Source: Chiloscyllium plagiosum
Lineage: Eukaryota
DNA: 64,000 bases
Direction of reading: 5' to 3'
Assembly (NCBI RefSeq): GCF_004010195.1
Contig: NC_057720.1
Coordinates: forward strand, 5,119,550 to 5,183,549
The notes beneath the pieces are model-generated. The model did no database searches. It was not told the DNA's origin and saw only the letters and a list, made by a program, of their open reading frames with translations. Below are positions 38,340-52,580 of this stretch, one piece after another. Every line of letters starts with the position of its first letter. The first letter of the stretch is position 1. The translations under genes were made by a program, and so were the position numbers.

Positions 38340-39492
38340 AACAGTGTGTCACAAGGACAGGTGCTGGGTTCACTGTCACTTATATAAATGATTTGGATGT
38401 GAAAAAAGGAGGTACATTTAGCAAGTTTGCAGATGACACCAAAATTGGCGGTATAGCAGACAGTGAAGAGTACAATGTGTACTTGATCAGATGGGCCAAT
38501 GGGCTGAGGAGTGGCAGTTGGAGGTTAAGTTGGATAATTGTGTGATGTTGCACTTTGACAAGGAAAATCAGGGCAGGCCTTATACACTCAATGGTAAGGT
38601 CCTGGGGAGTGTTGCCAAACAAAGAGACCCTGGAGTGCAGGTGCATAGTTCCTTCAAAGTGGATTCATCAGTAAATAGGGTATTGACGGCAACATTTGGC
38701 ATGCTTGCCTTTATTGGTCAATGCATTGAATTGGGATGTCATATTGTGGTTGTACAGGACATTGGTGAGGCCACTTTTGGAATATTGCATTGAATTCTGG
38801 TCTCCCTGCTATAGGAAAGATGTGAAACTTGAAAAGGTTCAGAAAAGACTTAGAGGAATGTTGCTGAATTTGGAGGGTTTGAGCTATAGGGTGAGGCTGA
38901 ATGGGCTGGGGCTATTTTCACTGGTGCAGACGCTGAGGGGTGATCTTATAGAGGTTTATAAAATCATAGGGTGAATAACCAAGGTCTTTTTCCCCAGGGT
39001 AGGAGAGTCCAAAATTCAAAGGCATAGGTTTCAGGTGAGAGGGGAAAGATTTAAAAGGCACTTAAGGAGTAACTTTTTCACACAGGGTGGTGCATGTCTG
39101 GAACAACCTGCCAGAGGAAATGGTGGAGGCTGGTACAATTACAATACTTAAGAAGCATATGGATGGGTACATGAGTAGGAAGGGTTTGGAGGGATATGGG
39201 CCAAGTGCTGATAAATGGGACGAGATCAGTTTCGGATATCCGGATGGAACAGACAAGTTGGACTGAAGGCTCTGTTTCTGTGCTGTACGTCTCTATGATC
39301 TGAAACCCACTGCCCTGGAGGGTGATTGAAACAGGGGTGATGAATAATTTCAAATGGAAATTGGATAGGCATTTGAAGTAAATAAATTTGCAGCCTTCAG
39401 GGATCGGACAGGTAAAAGAGGATGGGTGCACAATGAGAATTAATGCACAAGTCATACTTGTGGCCCAAGCATCTGCTAGATTTACTAATTTA

Positions 39493-39810
<318 letters not shown>

Positions 39811-39891
39811 TCATGGCTGATGGGCACTTCAACTCCACTTCCCCACATTCTCCCTGTAGCCCTTAATTCCTTGTGACATCAATATGATTCA

Positions 39892-40022
39892 AACCACTAT
39901 AAATGCCGAGGAAAGATCACAAAAGCACTTCACAGGAGGCTCCCAAGCACTAAGGATGTCACCTAGACAGGGGACGAAACGTCTGCAACACAAATTCCCA
40001 GCTCGGCGAACAGAACCACAAT
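39892..40022 (+). mobile_element. PLE family C terminal fragment with mutated hammerhead core (39950-39983)
   Basis: Near-match to the reverse complement of 59190-59320; core reads CTAAGGA-T-GTCACCT-AGAC-AGGGGAC-GAAA-CGTC. Confidence 0.8.
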
Positions 40023-41333
40023 CTCAATACATTCCTTGGAATACAGCGCATCTCAATACATTCCTTGGAATTTTAGGTGACCAGTTACAACGCAGTTTTC
40101 ACAAATAGGAAAACTGCAACTTTCATTCACCTCACAGCAGGAAAGTCCAGCTGGAATTTAAGTCCGTTTTTAAAAAATACATTTGAATCTTTGAGAATCA
40201 AAGTAACCTTGCCTTGCCCATGTGTACAAAAGATTAGTCCTGGGAGTGCCTTCAGATCTCTATCCAATGGTTGAAGCAGAGACTTTCAGCATCAGCAGTG
40301 ATGAAACACAGACTATGGTATAACACTGTAAAACTATACCAATATGCAGGTAGCAGCATTTTGTTTACTGAAATTCAGATTCCAGGCCTTCTGCATGTTT
40401 CAAAGCATTATTAGTTGAAAAAATGATAAGTTACTTGGGCAAATATGGACTGATTAAAGAAAATGGCAGATATTAAGGGAATTTGTGTTTAACCGAGCTG
40501 TTTGTGATTTTTGATGAGAGGATTGACGATAGCAATGTTGCTGATGTGCACCATGGATTTCATAAAGGCATTTGATAATGTGCCACACAACAGCAGGGTT
40601 TGTTGAAGGGTGAATGCCAGGCCAGGATACTGGAGAAGTTTTTGAGAGTCTTTAAATAGAGCTGCAGATCTGATGTCCATCTGAACTGAGACATGAGACT
40701 TGGTTTTGCAATTCGTTTGCAAGATTACAATGGAGACAATGTACCAGATGCTCAGCAGGGTCATAATGCTGTGGAATGAAGCCTGATCGTACTAAGTTAG
40801 GTGACAGTGCTGCTAACTGAGTTAAGCTGACCCTCAATGGACCTGGACACTTTGTAAAATTACACTCAATATCCTCAAAACTATTTGTAAATGGGGATCC
40901 AGAGGATAGAAGGCAATATATTTCCAAGTAAATTTCTTAGTTGAGAAACTTCTCAGGAGCTAAATTACTACCCCAGACACCAACTTCTGAAAGAAGCCAC
41001 TTAAAGGTGAATTTACTGACCTTAGTAAATTAGGGCCAGTGAGTACAGCAATTGGCAGATTTTGGGATGAGGGTGTCACAGACGGAACATTTCCTCGCAT
41101 GGCCAAGTGAATCTTTATTTCCCCCCTTCCCTTCCATGTGTAATCCAGGATAGAGAGTGCTGACAAATAAATCACTGGCGTCAGTGAGGAGCAAGAAGCT
41201 TCCTTCACCTGAACACTTTCCAGTAGGAACTATTGAACGGCTATTAGGAGCTATCATGGTAGCCAACTGTCACATCCACTTCAGTGTACCCATTCAACCA
41301 CTAGGGGGATTAAGAGAACACTTCTGAAGGTTA

Positions 41334-41612
<279 letters not shown>

Positions 41613-41739
41613 CTACAAAATGAAAATAAGCACATTCCAGTATACAACACAAAGAACTTGGTCTACAGCACCAATATAATTTCCCCCAAATAGATAAACA
41701 CTTTGAAAGTTCAACTGTGATTACACTGTGCCAAAGACA

Positions 41740-42022
41740 CACTCAGGAATTCCTGGAGGCCTGGCATTCAAACCAGAACTCCATTAACAAACATATCGAT
41801 TTGGACCCCATTTACCAACCTCTCAGAAATAGAACCGGAAGCAATATCACCCACCAAACAGATATAAATAGCAAGCGGGGCAGAACACCAGTGCTTCATC
41901 AGAGGCTTACTGATGATGTTACCTAGCACGGTGACAAAACATCTGAGAACTAATCTAACCAGCTCAGCGAGCAAACTCACAACCTGATCCACAAGCTGAG
42001 CTACAAATCTTCTCCGAACTTG
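41740..42022 (+). mobile_element. PLE family C 3' end (GIY-YIG C-terminus plus tail) with decayed hammerhead (41910-41943)
   Basis: ORF 41717 EFLEAWHSNQNSINKHIDLDPIYQPL, similar to 60310-60390; CTGATGA-T-GTTACC...GGTGAC-AAAACATC. Confidence 0.8.
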
Positions 42023-42216
42023 CAGAGAGAAACATGCCTAGATGAAGAAAAGCTTATAAAAGAAAAGCTTAAACTAACACTGGGGCACATCACCTCACTC
42101 AAACGTGCTCAGGCACCTCAAACAGAATTTCTTATTGAAACTTTATTGCACTGGTGCTGTATTCAATGCCAATACTGTAAGGAAGGTTTATTGATATTCA
42201 AAGATCCATCTTATCA

Positions 42217-42321
<105 letters not shown>

Positions 42322-42353
42322 CTATAAAAGATTAAAATTATATTGTTTTTATT

Positions 42354-42675
42354 TTAGATTAGATTAGATTCCCTACAGTGTGGAAACAGACCCTTTGGCC
42401 CAACCAGTCCACACGACCCTCCGAAGAGTAACCCACCCAAACCCATTTCCCTCTGACTAATGCACCTAACACTATGGGGCAATTTAGCATGGCCAATTCA
42501 CCTGACCTGCACATCTTTGGACTGTGGGAGGAAACCGGAGCACCCGGAGGAAACCTACGCAGACATGGAGGGAATGTGCAAACTCCACACAGACAGTCAC
42601 CCGAGACTGGAATTGAGCCTGGGTCCCTGGTGTTGTGAGGCAGCAGTGCTAACCACTGAACCACTGCGCTACCCC
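42354..42675 (-). mobile_element. HE1-like SINE ending about 32 nt upstream of the exon 7 acceptor
   Basis: Full SINE body; (TCTAA)3 tail at 42354-42370. Confidence 0.92.
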
Positions 42676-42765
42676 AAAATTCATTCATGGGTTAAGGACA
42701 TCGCTGGCTACGTCAGCATTTGTTGCCCATTCCTAACTGCCCAGAGGCTCATTGAGAGTCAACTA

Positions 42766-43050
42766 CAGAGGAACCTTGATTATCCGGGTATCAGATTATC
42801 CAAAGGAGATCTCGAGGTCCCAACAGAACATTACATCAAAGAGCTGTTTCAGCCCTGACGCATCTTTTATTTACAGGTACAATGATTAAAAATCTCGGCT
42901 CACTGAAATGCTGCCGAGAACAGTCCTGGACATCAATGGGAGCCCAGGCACCGTCTCCAAATGACTGACCTCCTGCCCTCTCTCTCTCTCTCTCTCTCTC
43001 CCCCCCCACACACTTCCCCTGGACCTTTACATAGGGGTGCACCCTAACCC
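42766..43050. mobile_element. Possible Tigger/pogo-like DNA transposon end followed by (CT)n
   Basis: TA followed by cagaggaaccttgattatccgg, a TIR-like start; no partner TIR found. Confidence 0.4.
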
Positions 43051-43577
43051 CCAGGAAATGAAGGGGAAGAAATAGAGCACAGAACAAGTGCAGGGAAATG
43101 GGGTTAACGTGGATGGATGTTTTGGTTGGCATGGACCAGTTTGGTCCAAAGGGCCTGTGTCTGTGCTGTAGGACTCCATGAGAACACATTCCTTGGATCA
43201 CATCATAAAAAATCTGTTTAAAATGGAGACCTGTAATCTTTATTTTGTTGTGCACAGCAACATGACAAAAATCAGAATAAAGGCAGTTTCACTTTACCAT
43301 TGAGATAATTGTGGCAATTAGCAGTTGGCTGAAGATAGAAGCCAGAGACCTAAATTATATCTTTAATGTAAATAAGTTGGTAATATGAAGATCCAAAAAT
43401 GGAAATGGGGAGTATCGTAATACAATATTAGAGGGCATAGATTTAAGGTCATTGGCAAAAGGTTTAGAGACGTGAGGCTAAACTTTTTTGCCCAGAGGGT
43501 GGTGGGAACCTGAAACACACTGCCTATACGAGTGGTTGACGCAGAAATCCTTGTAACTTTTTTGTAGTATTTAGATG

Positions 43578-43899
43578 TAGATTAGATTAGATTAGATTAC
43601 ATTACAGTGTGGAAACAGGCCCTTCGGTCCAACAAGTCCACACCGACCCGCCGAAGCGCAACCCACCCATACCCTTACATTTACCCCTTACCTAACACTA
43701 TGGGCAATTTAGCATGGCCAATTCACCTGACCTGCACATCTTTGGACTGTGGGAGGAAACCGGAGCACCCGGAGGAAACCCACGCAGACACGGGGAGAAC
43801 GTGCAGACTCCACACAGTTAGTCGCCTGAGGCGGGAATTGAACCCGGGTCTCAGGCGCTGTGAGGCAGCAGTGCTAACCACTGTGCCACCGTGCCACCC
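43578..43899 (-). mobile_element. HE1-like SINE, young-looking, inside a CR1 3' end (about 43430-44010, +)
   Basis: Very similar to 14773-15102; (TCTAA)n tail. Confidence 0.93.
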
Positions 43900-45060
43900 A
43901 CCACTTGCAATGTCAAAGCATACCCAGCTATGGGGCCAGTGCTGGAAAATGGGATTAAAATAGTGGGTTGTTTTTGACTAGCGTGGACATGATAAGCCTT
44001 TTTCTGTACTGTAGTTGACACTACAATACAAATTCCAAGAATGCATATCAGATCCTTTTTAGTGTTCTAACATTAAAATAATCTTCCTACTTAATTGGGC
44101 AAATTTATTTCTATGTTATGAAGTGTACAATTTGGTCACCAGCTTGTAGAAATCATGTTTAAATCACTCAGTATTGCAGGGTCATTCCTGATCTCTGGAA
44201 GTGCCCCAGCCCCAGGAAAGTGTTCCAGTGCGGGCTGAAAGAAGAAATTCTTAGTGATGATGGTGGGAGAGTTATTGGAATATAATGGCTGATTGCAGGT
44301 GGAGAATGTGTAAGAAACGTTCTTGCGTGTTTCCTTTAAGTATGCCAATAAGACAACCAGAAACCACAAGTATCATTTCCTGATCATGTTGATCATTGAA
44401 ATCAAACAAGAGGGCAACTGAAAAGAAAATTGCAAGACTTTGAGGGGTGGAGAAACAAACAGTGGATCTTCCATTGGGCAGAGAAAGATATAAATATACA
44501 TGTTAGAATCTTAAGCCAGTACATATTGCTTGTCAAAACATCGAAGGGTGACCAAAGTCATGTCTAACCTAGAAGCTTTCTAATTTAACACTTACATCTA
44601 TATGGAAACAGTTGCCTATAACAATTTAGATATAATTTCACTCCCAACTCCAACACAGATGTATTCATCAACCGGTCACAGACCAATGTCCCTGAAAAAT
44701 TACTGATTTTTAAATAGAAATATAAAGACCAAAGTTCAAATCCCAAGTCAGGGTCAGGATTCTTCTTTAGAGCCAGCAGATACTGCAGAGCTGTCACACA
44801 TTCTCAAATGAATCAATTTAATAAACTGCATAAAGACAGGTTCAATAAAAAAAAACATTCTTCAGAGGTTGGAGGAGGGTAGTTCAGAGGCTGCTATAGT
44901 GCGATGGGGTGACACTAATTAAGTTAGCTTTAAAAATTAAATTGCAGACACAAAAATTCTTTCCCCATTAAGGCGTAAATGATTATCCAAGATAACTGAA
45001 ATTCTTGGAATTTGTTTGAAACTCAAAATTGGCAAAGATCATTCCTCAATACAAACACTA

Positions 45061-45207
<147 letters not shown>

Positions 45208-46499
45208 TTAGCTTAAATTATACATTCAGTAATCAATTTAACAAAAACTAATAATACAATTAACAGGCTAATACCAAAATATACAACATATGAATACTAG
45301 ATTACAAGATACATAAAGATCAAAGCATTGCAATTAATCAGTTACTACATTACAAATCTGACTAACCAAAGGAGTTAAAAATTTCAATTTATCCACTGAC
45401 TATGCATAAAACCTTTTAAAAGATTTTTCAAGAAATTGTATATTAGTGAGACAAGAATGGGAATCTACACACTTTCACAACGGATATCCACCATTACAAA
45501 ATTTATAATTTTGCATGTTACAGTTCTTCAGCTCAGATGGAGGAGAATTATTCATACAAGTGCCCCTTCAAGAAGTGTCATTGTGCAGGGTCATACTTTA
45601 AAACCTTAAGTGCACACTAGGCAAATGTTGACAATTCACCCTGCTGAGTGTCATCATTTGAGAATACAGTTAGAATTGGGTTTGGACCCATCTTTACAAA
45701 GAGAAAGGCCAACTGAGGCTGTGGCATTTTTTCTTCTCGATCTCAGAAGTCTTAGCAAACGTTCAGTGAGGAGGTATTTTTTTCTTGCACCTCATTCTTT
45801 TATGGATCAGGATATTGGTTGACAGACAGTAAATCTGGTTCAGTGTGTGACATTAATGATTCAGTGCAGGCAGGATGCATTTGCTCTCAATCATTCTATT
45901 CTGGTCTTGTAAATAACAGATAGAGTACCTTCAAGGAATTCAATCGATGGTATTTACACCATGGATACCTTGGAAATACTACCAGCACTTATGGACTCAG
46001 TACTGAAAAAAGGAATTATAGTGGATAAAAGCACACTAATTCACCCCATAATTTCCTAAACTCTGTATAATCTAAACTCAACACAATCAAAGTAATTCAT
46101 CACGATGTAAAGGAAAATACTGCACTCTCCAAAAGGAGAAACTAACTTGTCAGATTTAAATTGACAAATAATTTGTTTTTGAGCTCAGTATATTAAAACC
46201 AGAACTTGTATAAAACAGTGTACGCCAATAGTTTATAGACAAACAAACTTCAACTGACAGGGTTTTGCTTATAGAGGTTGCTAAATCAGAGCCGGTAATC
46301 AAAACACACAAATTAAATTTCAGATTCAAATACCAAAAATGTATTCAATACAATTTGGGTTATCAGATCAAAACAAGACAAATTATTGATGATGCATTTC
46401 CCTTGCGATATGGAAGGCTGCAAACCTGTGTGGTTGTTGCTGATGACAAATGAAAAATAGGCTGACTAGAAAGAGAATGCTGCTATAGCACAAAAAGGA

Positions 46500-48290
46500 T
46501 GGATCTGCCCTCAGTTCATAACTATCCCAAATAACCTTTCACTCCCTTGCTTATCAATAATCTTACCACCACAGCCTTCAAAATATTCAAGGACTCTACT
46601 TGCATCGCTTTTCGAAGAGCAGTGTTCCAAAGACTTAACTCTCAAAAAAAAAAGCCCATTTTGCGTTTTACTTTGCTGAAACCTTATTTTGAAATAGAAG
46701 CCCCACATCCAAGATTCTCTCAAGAGGAAACAGCTTCTTCTAACCCACCCTGCCAAGACCCTTTGGGATCTTCTATGTTTCAATCACATTGCCTGCTAAT
46801 CTTTTAAACTCCAACATATGCAAGTCTAACCTGTCAATCTTTTCCTTAGGAGATAATATTTATTAAAATGATTTGGATGAAAATTTAAGAGGTATGATTT
46901 GTAGGTCTGTGGATGACACAAAGGTTGATGGTATGATGGACAGTGAAGGTGGTTACCTGGGAAAGCAACCAAGATCTTGATCAACTGGGGCCAATGGGCT
47001 GAGGATTGGCAGATGGAGTTTTAATTTAGATAAGTACAAGTTGTTGTATTTTAGTCAGGCAAACCAGGACAGAATGTACACAGTGAATAGTAGGGCCCTG
47101 GGGAGTGTTATAGAACAAAGATCTGGGGGTATAGGTTCATAGCTCCTTGAAAATGGAATCACAGGTAGACAGTGCAGTGAAGACAGGGCATTGGTCAGAG
47201 CATCAAGGGTATGGAAGTTGGGTCATCTTATTGCAGCTGTACAAGACGTTGGTGAGGCCACATTTAGAGTACTGCGTGCAGTTTGTCCTCCTATAGAAAG
47301 GATATCAAACTACAAAGAGTGCAGAAAAGAATTATTAGGATGCTACCTGGACTGGAAGGTTTGAGTTATATGGAATATTGGATAGGCTGGGACTCTTTTT
47401 CCTGGAGCATAGGAGACTGAGAGGTGGCCTTATAGAGGTTTATAAAATCATGAGAGGCATAAATAAGGTAGATAGTCGACAGCTTTTCTCCATGTTAGAG
47501 GAGTCTAAAACTTGAGGGCATAGGTTTAGGTGAAAGGAAGGGATATAAAATGATTTGGAGGGGCAATTTTTTCATGTACAGCATGGTGAGTGCCTGGAAC
47601 AGGCTGCCAGAGGTATTGGTGGAAGTATAATTTTCTAATTTATGAAATATTTAAAAACAAGTACTTGGATGGGATAGGTATGAGGGATATTGAATAAACA
47701 CAGATACGTGGAACGAGTTTAAATTGTGAAAATTCGGTGGCATGGGCAAGTCAGGCGAAAGGGCCTGTTCCCGTGCTGTAGACCACCATGATTATGACTA
47801 TAACTAGCCCATTCCAGGTTAGTCTTGTAATCCTTCTCTGAAGTGCTTCCAATGCATTTACAACTTTCCTTAAATAAGGAGAGCAATACTGCACACACTA
47901 TGCCTAATGTAATCTTAATGTCATTACAATAAAGCAAGTGTCTACTTATGTATTAAATTCTCCTCGCGATAAGTAATACTATTCTATTAGCTGACTTATT
48001 TAATTGCTGTACCTGCATACTAACCTTCTGTGATAAATACACTAGGGCATCAAAGTCCCTGTGCATTTAAACTCTACAGTCTATCATTTAGATGACACAC
48101 ACCTTTTCCATTCATCCTGCCAAAATGGACAACTTCACATCTTGCCACATTATATTCCATTTGCTCATTCATGACCTGTATCCCTTTGCAGCATCTATTT
48201 CATTCTAACTTACTCTCCTATCTTTGGGATCATCAGGAAAGTGAGCAACCATACCTCATTGATAGCCACATCCAAATCATTAAATAACCA
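46500..48290. mobile_element. Old minus-strand CR1 (46500-46850, 47800-48290) split by a plus-strand HER1/CR1 3' half (46865-47795)
   Basis: gatgacacaaagg...ttggtgaggccacatttagagtactgcgtgcag (+); aatactgcacacacta and ORF 47719 (-). Confidence 0.75.
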
Positions 48291-48307
48291 AATAGATGCA
48301 AACCTTA

Positions 48308-48412
<105 letters not shown>

Positions 48413-49083
48413 TTATATACAAGTTAGTGTACATGAACAGTCATACAATCAGTTAGTCACACCCATTAAGCTCACGGTAAGTTACCTTAGCTATACAGTA
48501 AGCCAACTCCCACAATGATTTATTTTAAAAAGGTTGACACTTTGTAGAGAAAAAAAAATTATTCTTCCATACTTTTGTATTGTTCTGATTTCTTAAAGGT
48601 TAAGCAAAGCAGTGAGGTAAGATTAAAGTCGGAACCCTTTCAAGCAAGGTGATCTTATGAATAATTTAACAGAAATGATCAGTGCCAACTTCAAGAGTAG
48701 TGCTGGTGGTTGGATTAGTTTTAGCAGTAAGCAGACCTTAAACACAATCAATTAGCAACCAGAAAGTGTCAACGCACTTGAGTAACAGTTATCAAGTCGT
48801 TCAAAGTGAAACCAAAGCTCAAAAGTAATTACATTTTATGGAATACTTCAGAAGTATTAATTGGACAGTTATAAAAAGTCTTCTAGAAAATATTTAAATA
48901 GAGGAAGAAATTGCAGAAAATATAATATTTAAACATTCTAATGCTCATGGAGTAGTGGGCACTACAAACAGTAACAAGGTATTTGAAGAAAATATACTGT
49001 TAGATTCTTAGACTGATATGCCATAAAAATATTTGGATAAAACAAGACAAACAGGCTTCATTAAAGACCAGCAAGATAAGCAA

Positions 49084-49251
49084 TAAAAATTGAAAGTACA
49101 ATCTCAGCAGGTCTGGCAGCATCTGTGGAGAGAAAACTGAATGAAACAATAACTGTTCTTCTCTCCACAGACGTGGCCAGACCTGTTGAGTTTCTCCAGC
49201 ACTTTGTCTCTGTTTCAGATTTCCAGCATCTACAGTTGTTTGTTTTTATTA
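49084..49251. mobile_element. Fold-back mini element (family D)
   Basis: 15-bp TSD cagcaagataagcaa / cagcaagatgagcaa (49069-49083, 49252-49266); inverted ctcagcaggtctggcagcatctgtggagag vs ctctccacagacgtggccagacctgttgag; tail ttccagcatctacag like family A. Related pieces at about 22230-22385, 22630-22700, 31735-31860 and 50456-50548. Confidence 0.75.
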
Positions 49252-51279
49252 CAGCAAGATGAGCAAGCAGCTATGGCAACAATTTAGGAGGGGGTATGCA
49301 AGTTCAAACAAAAGATGTCAATATTTAAAACAAAACTACCATTGGACTGTGAATTACAGATCAAATGGGCTAAAACCAATCCTGGGGAAAATGTTTGTGC
49401 ACTGCAAAGAATGCTAACACTGATCAACTAGTAAGACACAGCCTATTTGGTTCTCTTCACTATTCTCACTATTCACATAGTGCACGGAGGAGCTTTTGGT
49501 CAAGTTGTGAAAATTGTTGACACCAAACTTGCAGAAGAACAAAGGAAATCGGAGCAGGAGTAGGCTATCTGACCCCTCGAGCCTGCTCCGACATTCAATA
49601 AAATCATGGCTGATCTTTTCATGGACTCAGTTCCACTTACCCTCCCACTCACTATAACCCAAATTCCTTCAGTGTTCCAAAAATTCGATCTTTATTTTGA
49701 AAACTAGACATCAATTGCTCCACTGGGCAGGACTTGTGCTCAAATGATTATTTTTTAAAACAGATTTCAAATCACTCAAAAGAATCAGGATCTAGCTGGG
49801 GTGGGGGAGGGATGTGTGGAGACAGAGTCTGATGGTGGATAAATTTAATCTGCATTCACAAATGTTGCGCATAATAAAACAGGACATAGACCATCTACAC
49901 ATGATTACAGAAATTACATCAGAGAAACAGCCAGTTAATCCATGTGGTCAATGCTGGATGAACAGATGTGCAAAAACAAGAGATTTCAGTTTATTAACCA
50001 AAACAGTCAGTCAATTCAAAACTGCGATAAATAAAGTTGTTCACGTACTGGAATGATCTCAAGCATGCTTGAAGTGATCCAGAGAAAAACAGATGTTTGA
50101 ATGCAATCTAACTCGCAAACACTGACCAATTTGGCCATATAAGGGGAAAATCCTGAATGATACTGGTGGCGTACACAGGACCCTGCAGCTAAACAAGGCA
50201 TTCTTCTTAAACCACTCCCTCCCTCTCAACTCAGTATTAAATCCCTCCTTCCTCTGTTATGCTGTATATATTCCTACATGGTGCACTGCAGAAACTCAGC
50301 AGTCCAAAAGCACATTCCCACCGCAAGGATTCCAGGATTGAGAAGCGTAATAAGAACAGAACACCATAACCTGCAAATTTGGTTCTCAGAGTTAATATCT
50401 GGGAATTCTCATCTATACTTTGCAACACAACATCAGCACAGAGACTGAAGGAGATCTGAAGAACAGTCACATTGGAATCAAAACATTAACTCGGTTTCTC
50501 TCGCCACAGATGCTGCCAGGCCTAAATTTCTTCAGCACTTTGTTTTTGTAACACTAGGAGAACTGCAGCTGTACAAAGAAGGTCTACTACTCAGACCAAC
50601 TAGAAACAGGCAATAAATTTGGCCTAGAAAGTTTAAAAGAGTCCAAAGTTACTTGGCATAACTTTCTTTAGAAAAAGAAACATATCTTGGAAATCTAAAT
50701 TCTATTATGGTAAATCAACAAATCAAGCAGAAGGCTCACTTACAATTAGCAATACAAGAGTAGATGGAAAGTAGAGCACTGAATATATTCAAGGTTGAGA
50801 GAATCAGACAGACCTTACATCTGCAAGGAAATCAAGGGTTACGTGGGATGTGGCAAATGGAGGGAGTTGAAGGCACCATCAGATCAGTCACGATCTTAGT
50901 GAATGGCAGGATAAATTGAAAGAGGCCAAATCACCTACTAATCATAATCTGAAGTAGTTTCATACCCCTCAAATGCCATGTTCATTTCGGTCACCAAGAT
51001 ACAATGGAAATAAGATAGAACTGGATTGCCAAGCATATCCCTTCCACTCACATCTCCCCCACTATCACCAAAACACAGGCCAAACAATGAGTACACGAAA
51101 ATGACTGCCAGCCAAAACTACTGATGATACATCAATACCATAAAAAGGGTTTGGCTGAGATATTCATCGGAGGATTAAATCTGCAGCTGACATGAACTAT
51201 ATATGGTCTCTCATAGGAGGATTTGATTTACTTTTGCTCATTTCTAATTCTGTGCAATATATTCATACTATACAGAATG

Positions 51280-52580
51280 TCATACTTCTAAACCAGGCAC
51301 TAGTCAGACCACACCTGGAATATTATGAACCATTTCAGATTCCTTATCGAAGGAAAGGTATATTGACATTGAAGGCAGCCGAGGTGGTTTGCTAGGTTGA
51401 TCCTGTGTATGGTTGGACTACTTTATATGAGGAGTTTGAGTAGGTTGGGCCTGTACTCATTGGAGTTGAGCAGAATGAGAGATGACCTTATTGAAACATT
51501 CAGGATTCTTAGTAGGCTTGACAATCAAGCCTACTACAAACCGACCGACTCCCACAGCTATCTGGACTACACCTCCTCCCATCCTGCCCCCTGTAAAAAC
51601 GCCATCCCATTCTCCCAATTCCTTCAACTCCGCCGCATCTGCTCCCAGGAGGACCAGTTCCAAAAACGCACAACCCAGATGGCCTCCTTCTACAAGGACC
51701 GCAATTTCCCCCCCGACGTGGTCGACGATGCCCTCCACCGCATCTCCTCCACTTCCCGCTCCTCCGCCCTTGAACCCCGCCCCTCCAACCGCCAACAGGA
51801 CAGAACCCCACTGGTCCTCACCTACCACCCCACCAATCTCCATGTAAAGCGCATCATCCGCCGTCATTTCCGCTACCTCCAAACGGACCCCACCACCAAG
51901 GATATATATCCCTCCCCTCCTCTATCAGCTTTCCGTAGAGACCACTCCCTCCGCGACTCCCATGTCAGATCCATACCCCCCACCAACCCAACCTCCACTC
52001 CCGGCACCTTCCACTGCAACCGCAGGAGGTGCAAGACTTGCGCCCACACCTCCCCCCTCACCTCCCTCCAAGGCCCCAAAGGAAACTTCCATATCCGCCA
52101 CAGATTCACCTGCAATCCCTTGGGGTTGGAGGGTTCCTGGGCGGAAGATGCCTCAGTCAAACCCATCGAGTCCAGCATCGCCTTCCTAACCTGAGATCTT
52201 CTTCCCGACCTCTCCGCCCCCACCCCAGTCTGACCTATCACCCTCACCTTGACCTCTTTCCACCTATCACATTTCCGACGCCCCTCCCCCAAGTCCCTCC
52301 TCCCTACCTTTTATCTTAGCCTGCTGGACAAACTTTCCTCATTCCTGAAGAAGGGCTTATGCCCGAAACATCGATTCTCCTGTTCCCTGGATGCTGCCTG
52401 ACCTGCTGCGCTTTTCCAGCAACACATTTCCAGGCTTGACAATCAGTAAGGGAATCAAGGTTTACAGGCAAAAAAAAAAGTAGGAAAGGGAGTAGAAAAT
52501 TATCAGTTCAGTTATGATCTCATTGAATGGCTGGGCAGACTCAAATGGTACAAATGGCCTATTTTGTTCTCCTACGTCTG
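51280..52580 (+). mobile_element. Decayed CR1 3' end hosting a PLE insertion
   Basis: ALVRPHLEY in ORF 51192; LGLYSLE...DLIETFRIL at the start of ORF 51397; tail at 52450-52580. Confidence 0.8.
51528..52431 (+). mobile_element. Penelope-like element, Neptune-type fragment (RT C-terminus, Cys linker, 3' terminus with hammerhead)
   Basis: 14-bp TSD aggcttgacaatca (51514-51527, 52432-52445); YYKPTDSHSYLDYTSSHP..CKNAIPFSQFLQLRRICS, LVLTYHP, CNRRRCKTC; C-rich composition; core CTGAAGA...GAAACATC at 52345-52372. Confidence 0.9.

Larger units (their letters stand above)
32420..39300 (+). mobile_element. Outer near-full ORF2 HER1/CR1-like LINE in the last PRKACB intron, split by nested insertions
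   Basis: Endonuclease sequence at 32450-33100, ORF 34230; RT resumes at about 38342 (FADDTK in ORF 38285) and ends in the LINE tail at 39300. Confidence 0.85.

Noticed and set aside
51397..52194. 265-aa CR1-PLE fusion ORF as a functional chimeric protein
   Set aside because: The frame continuity arises by chance at the insertion junction; it is antisense in an intron and lacks the RT catalytic core and endonuclease.
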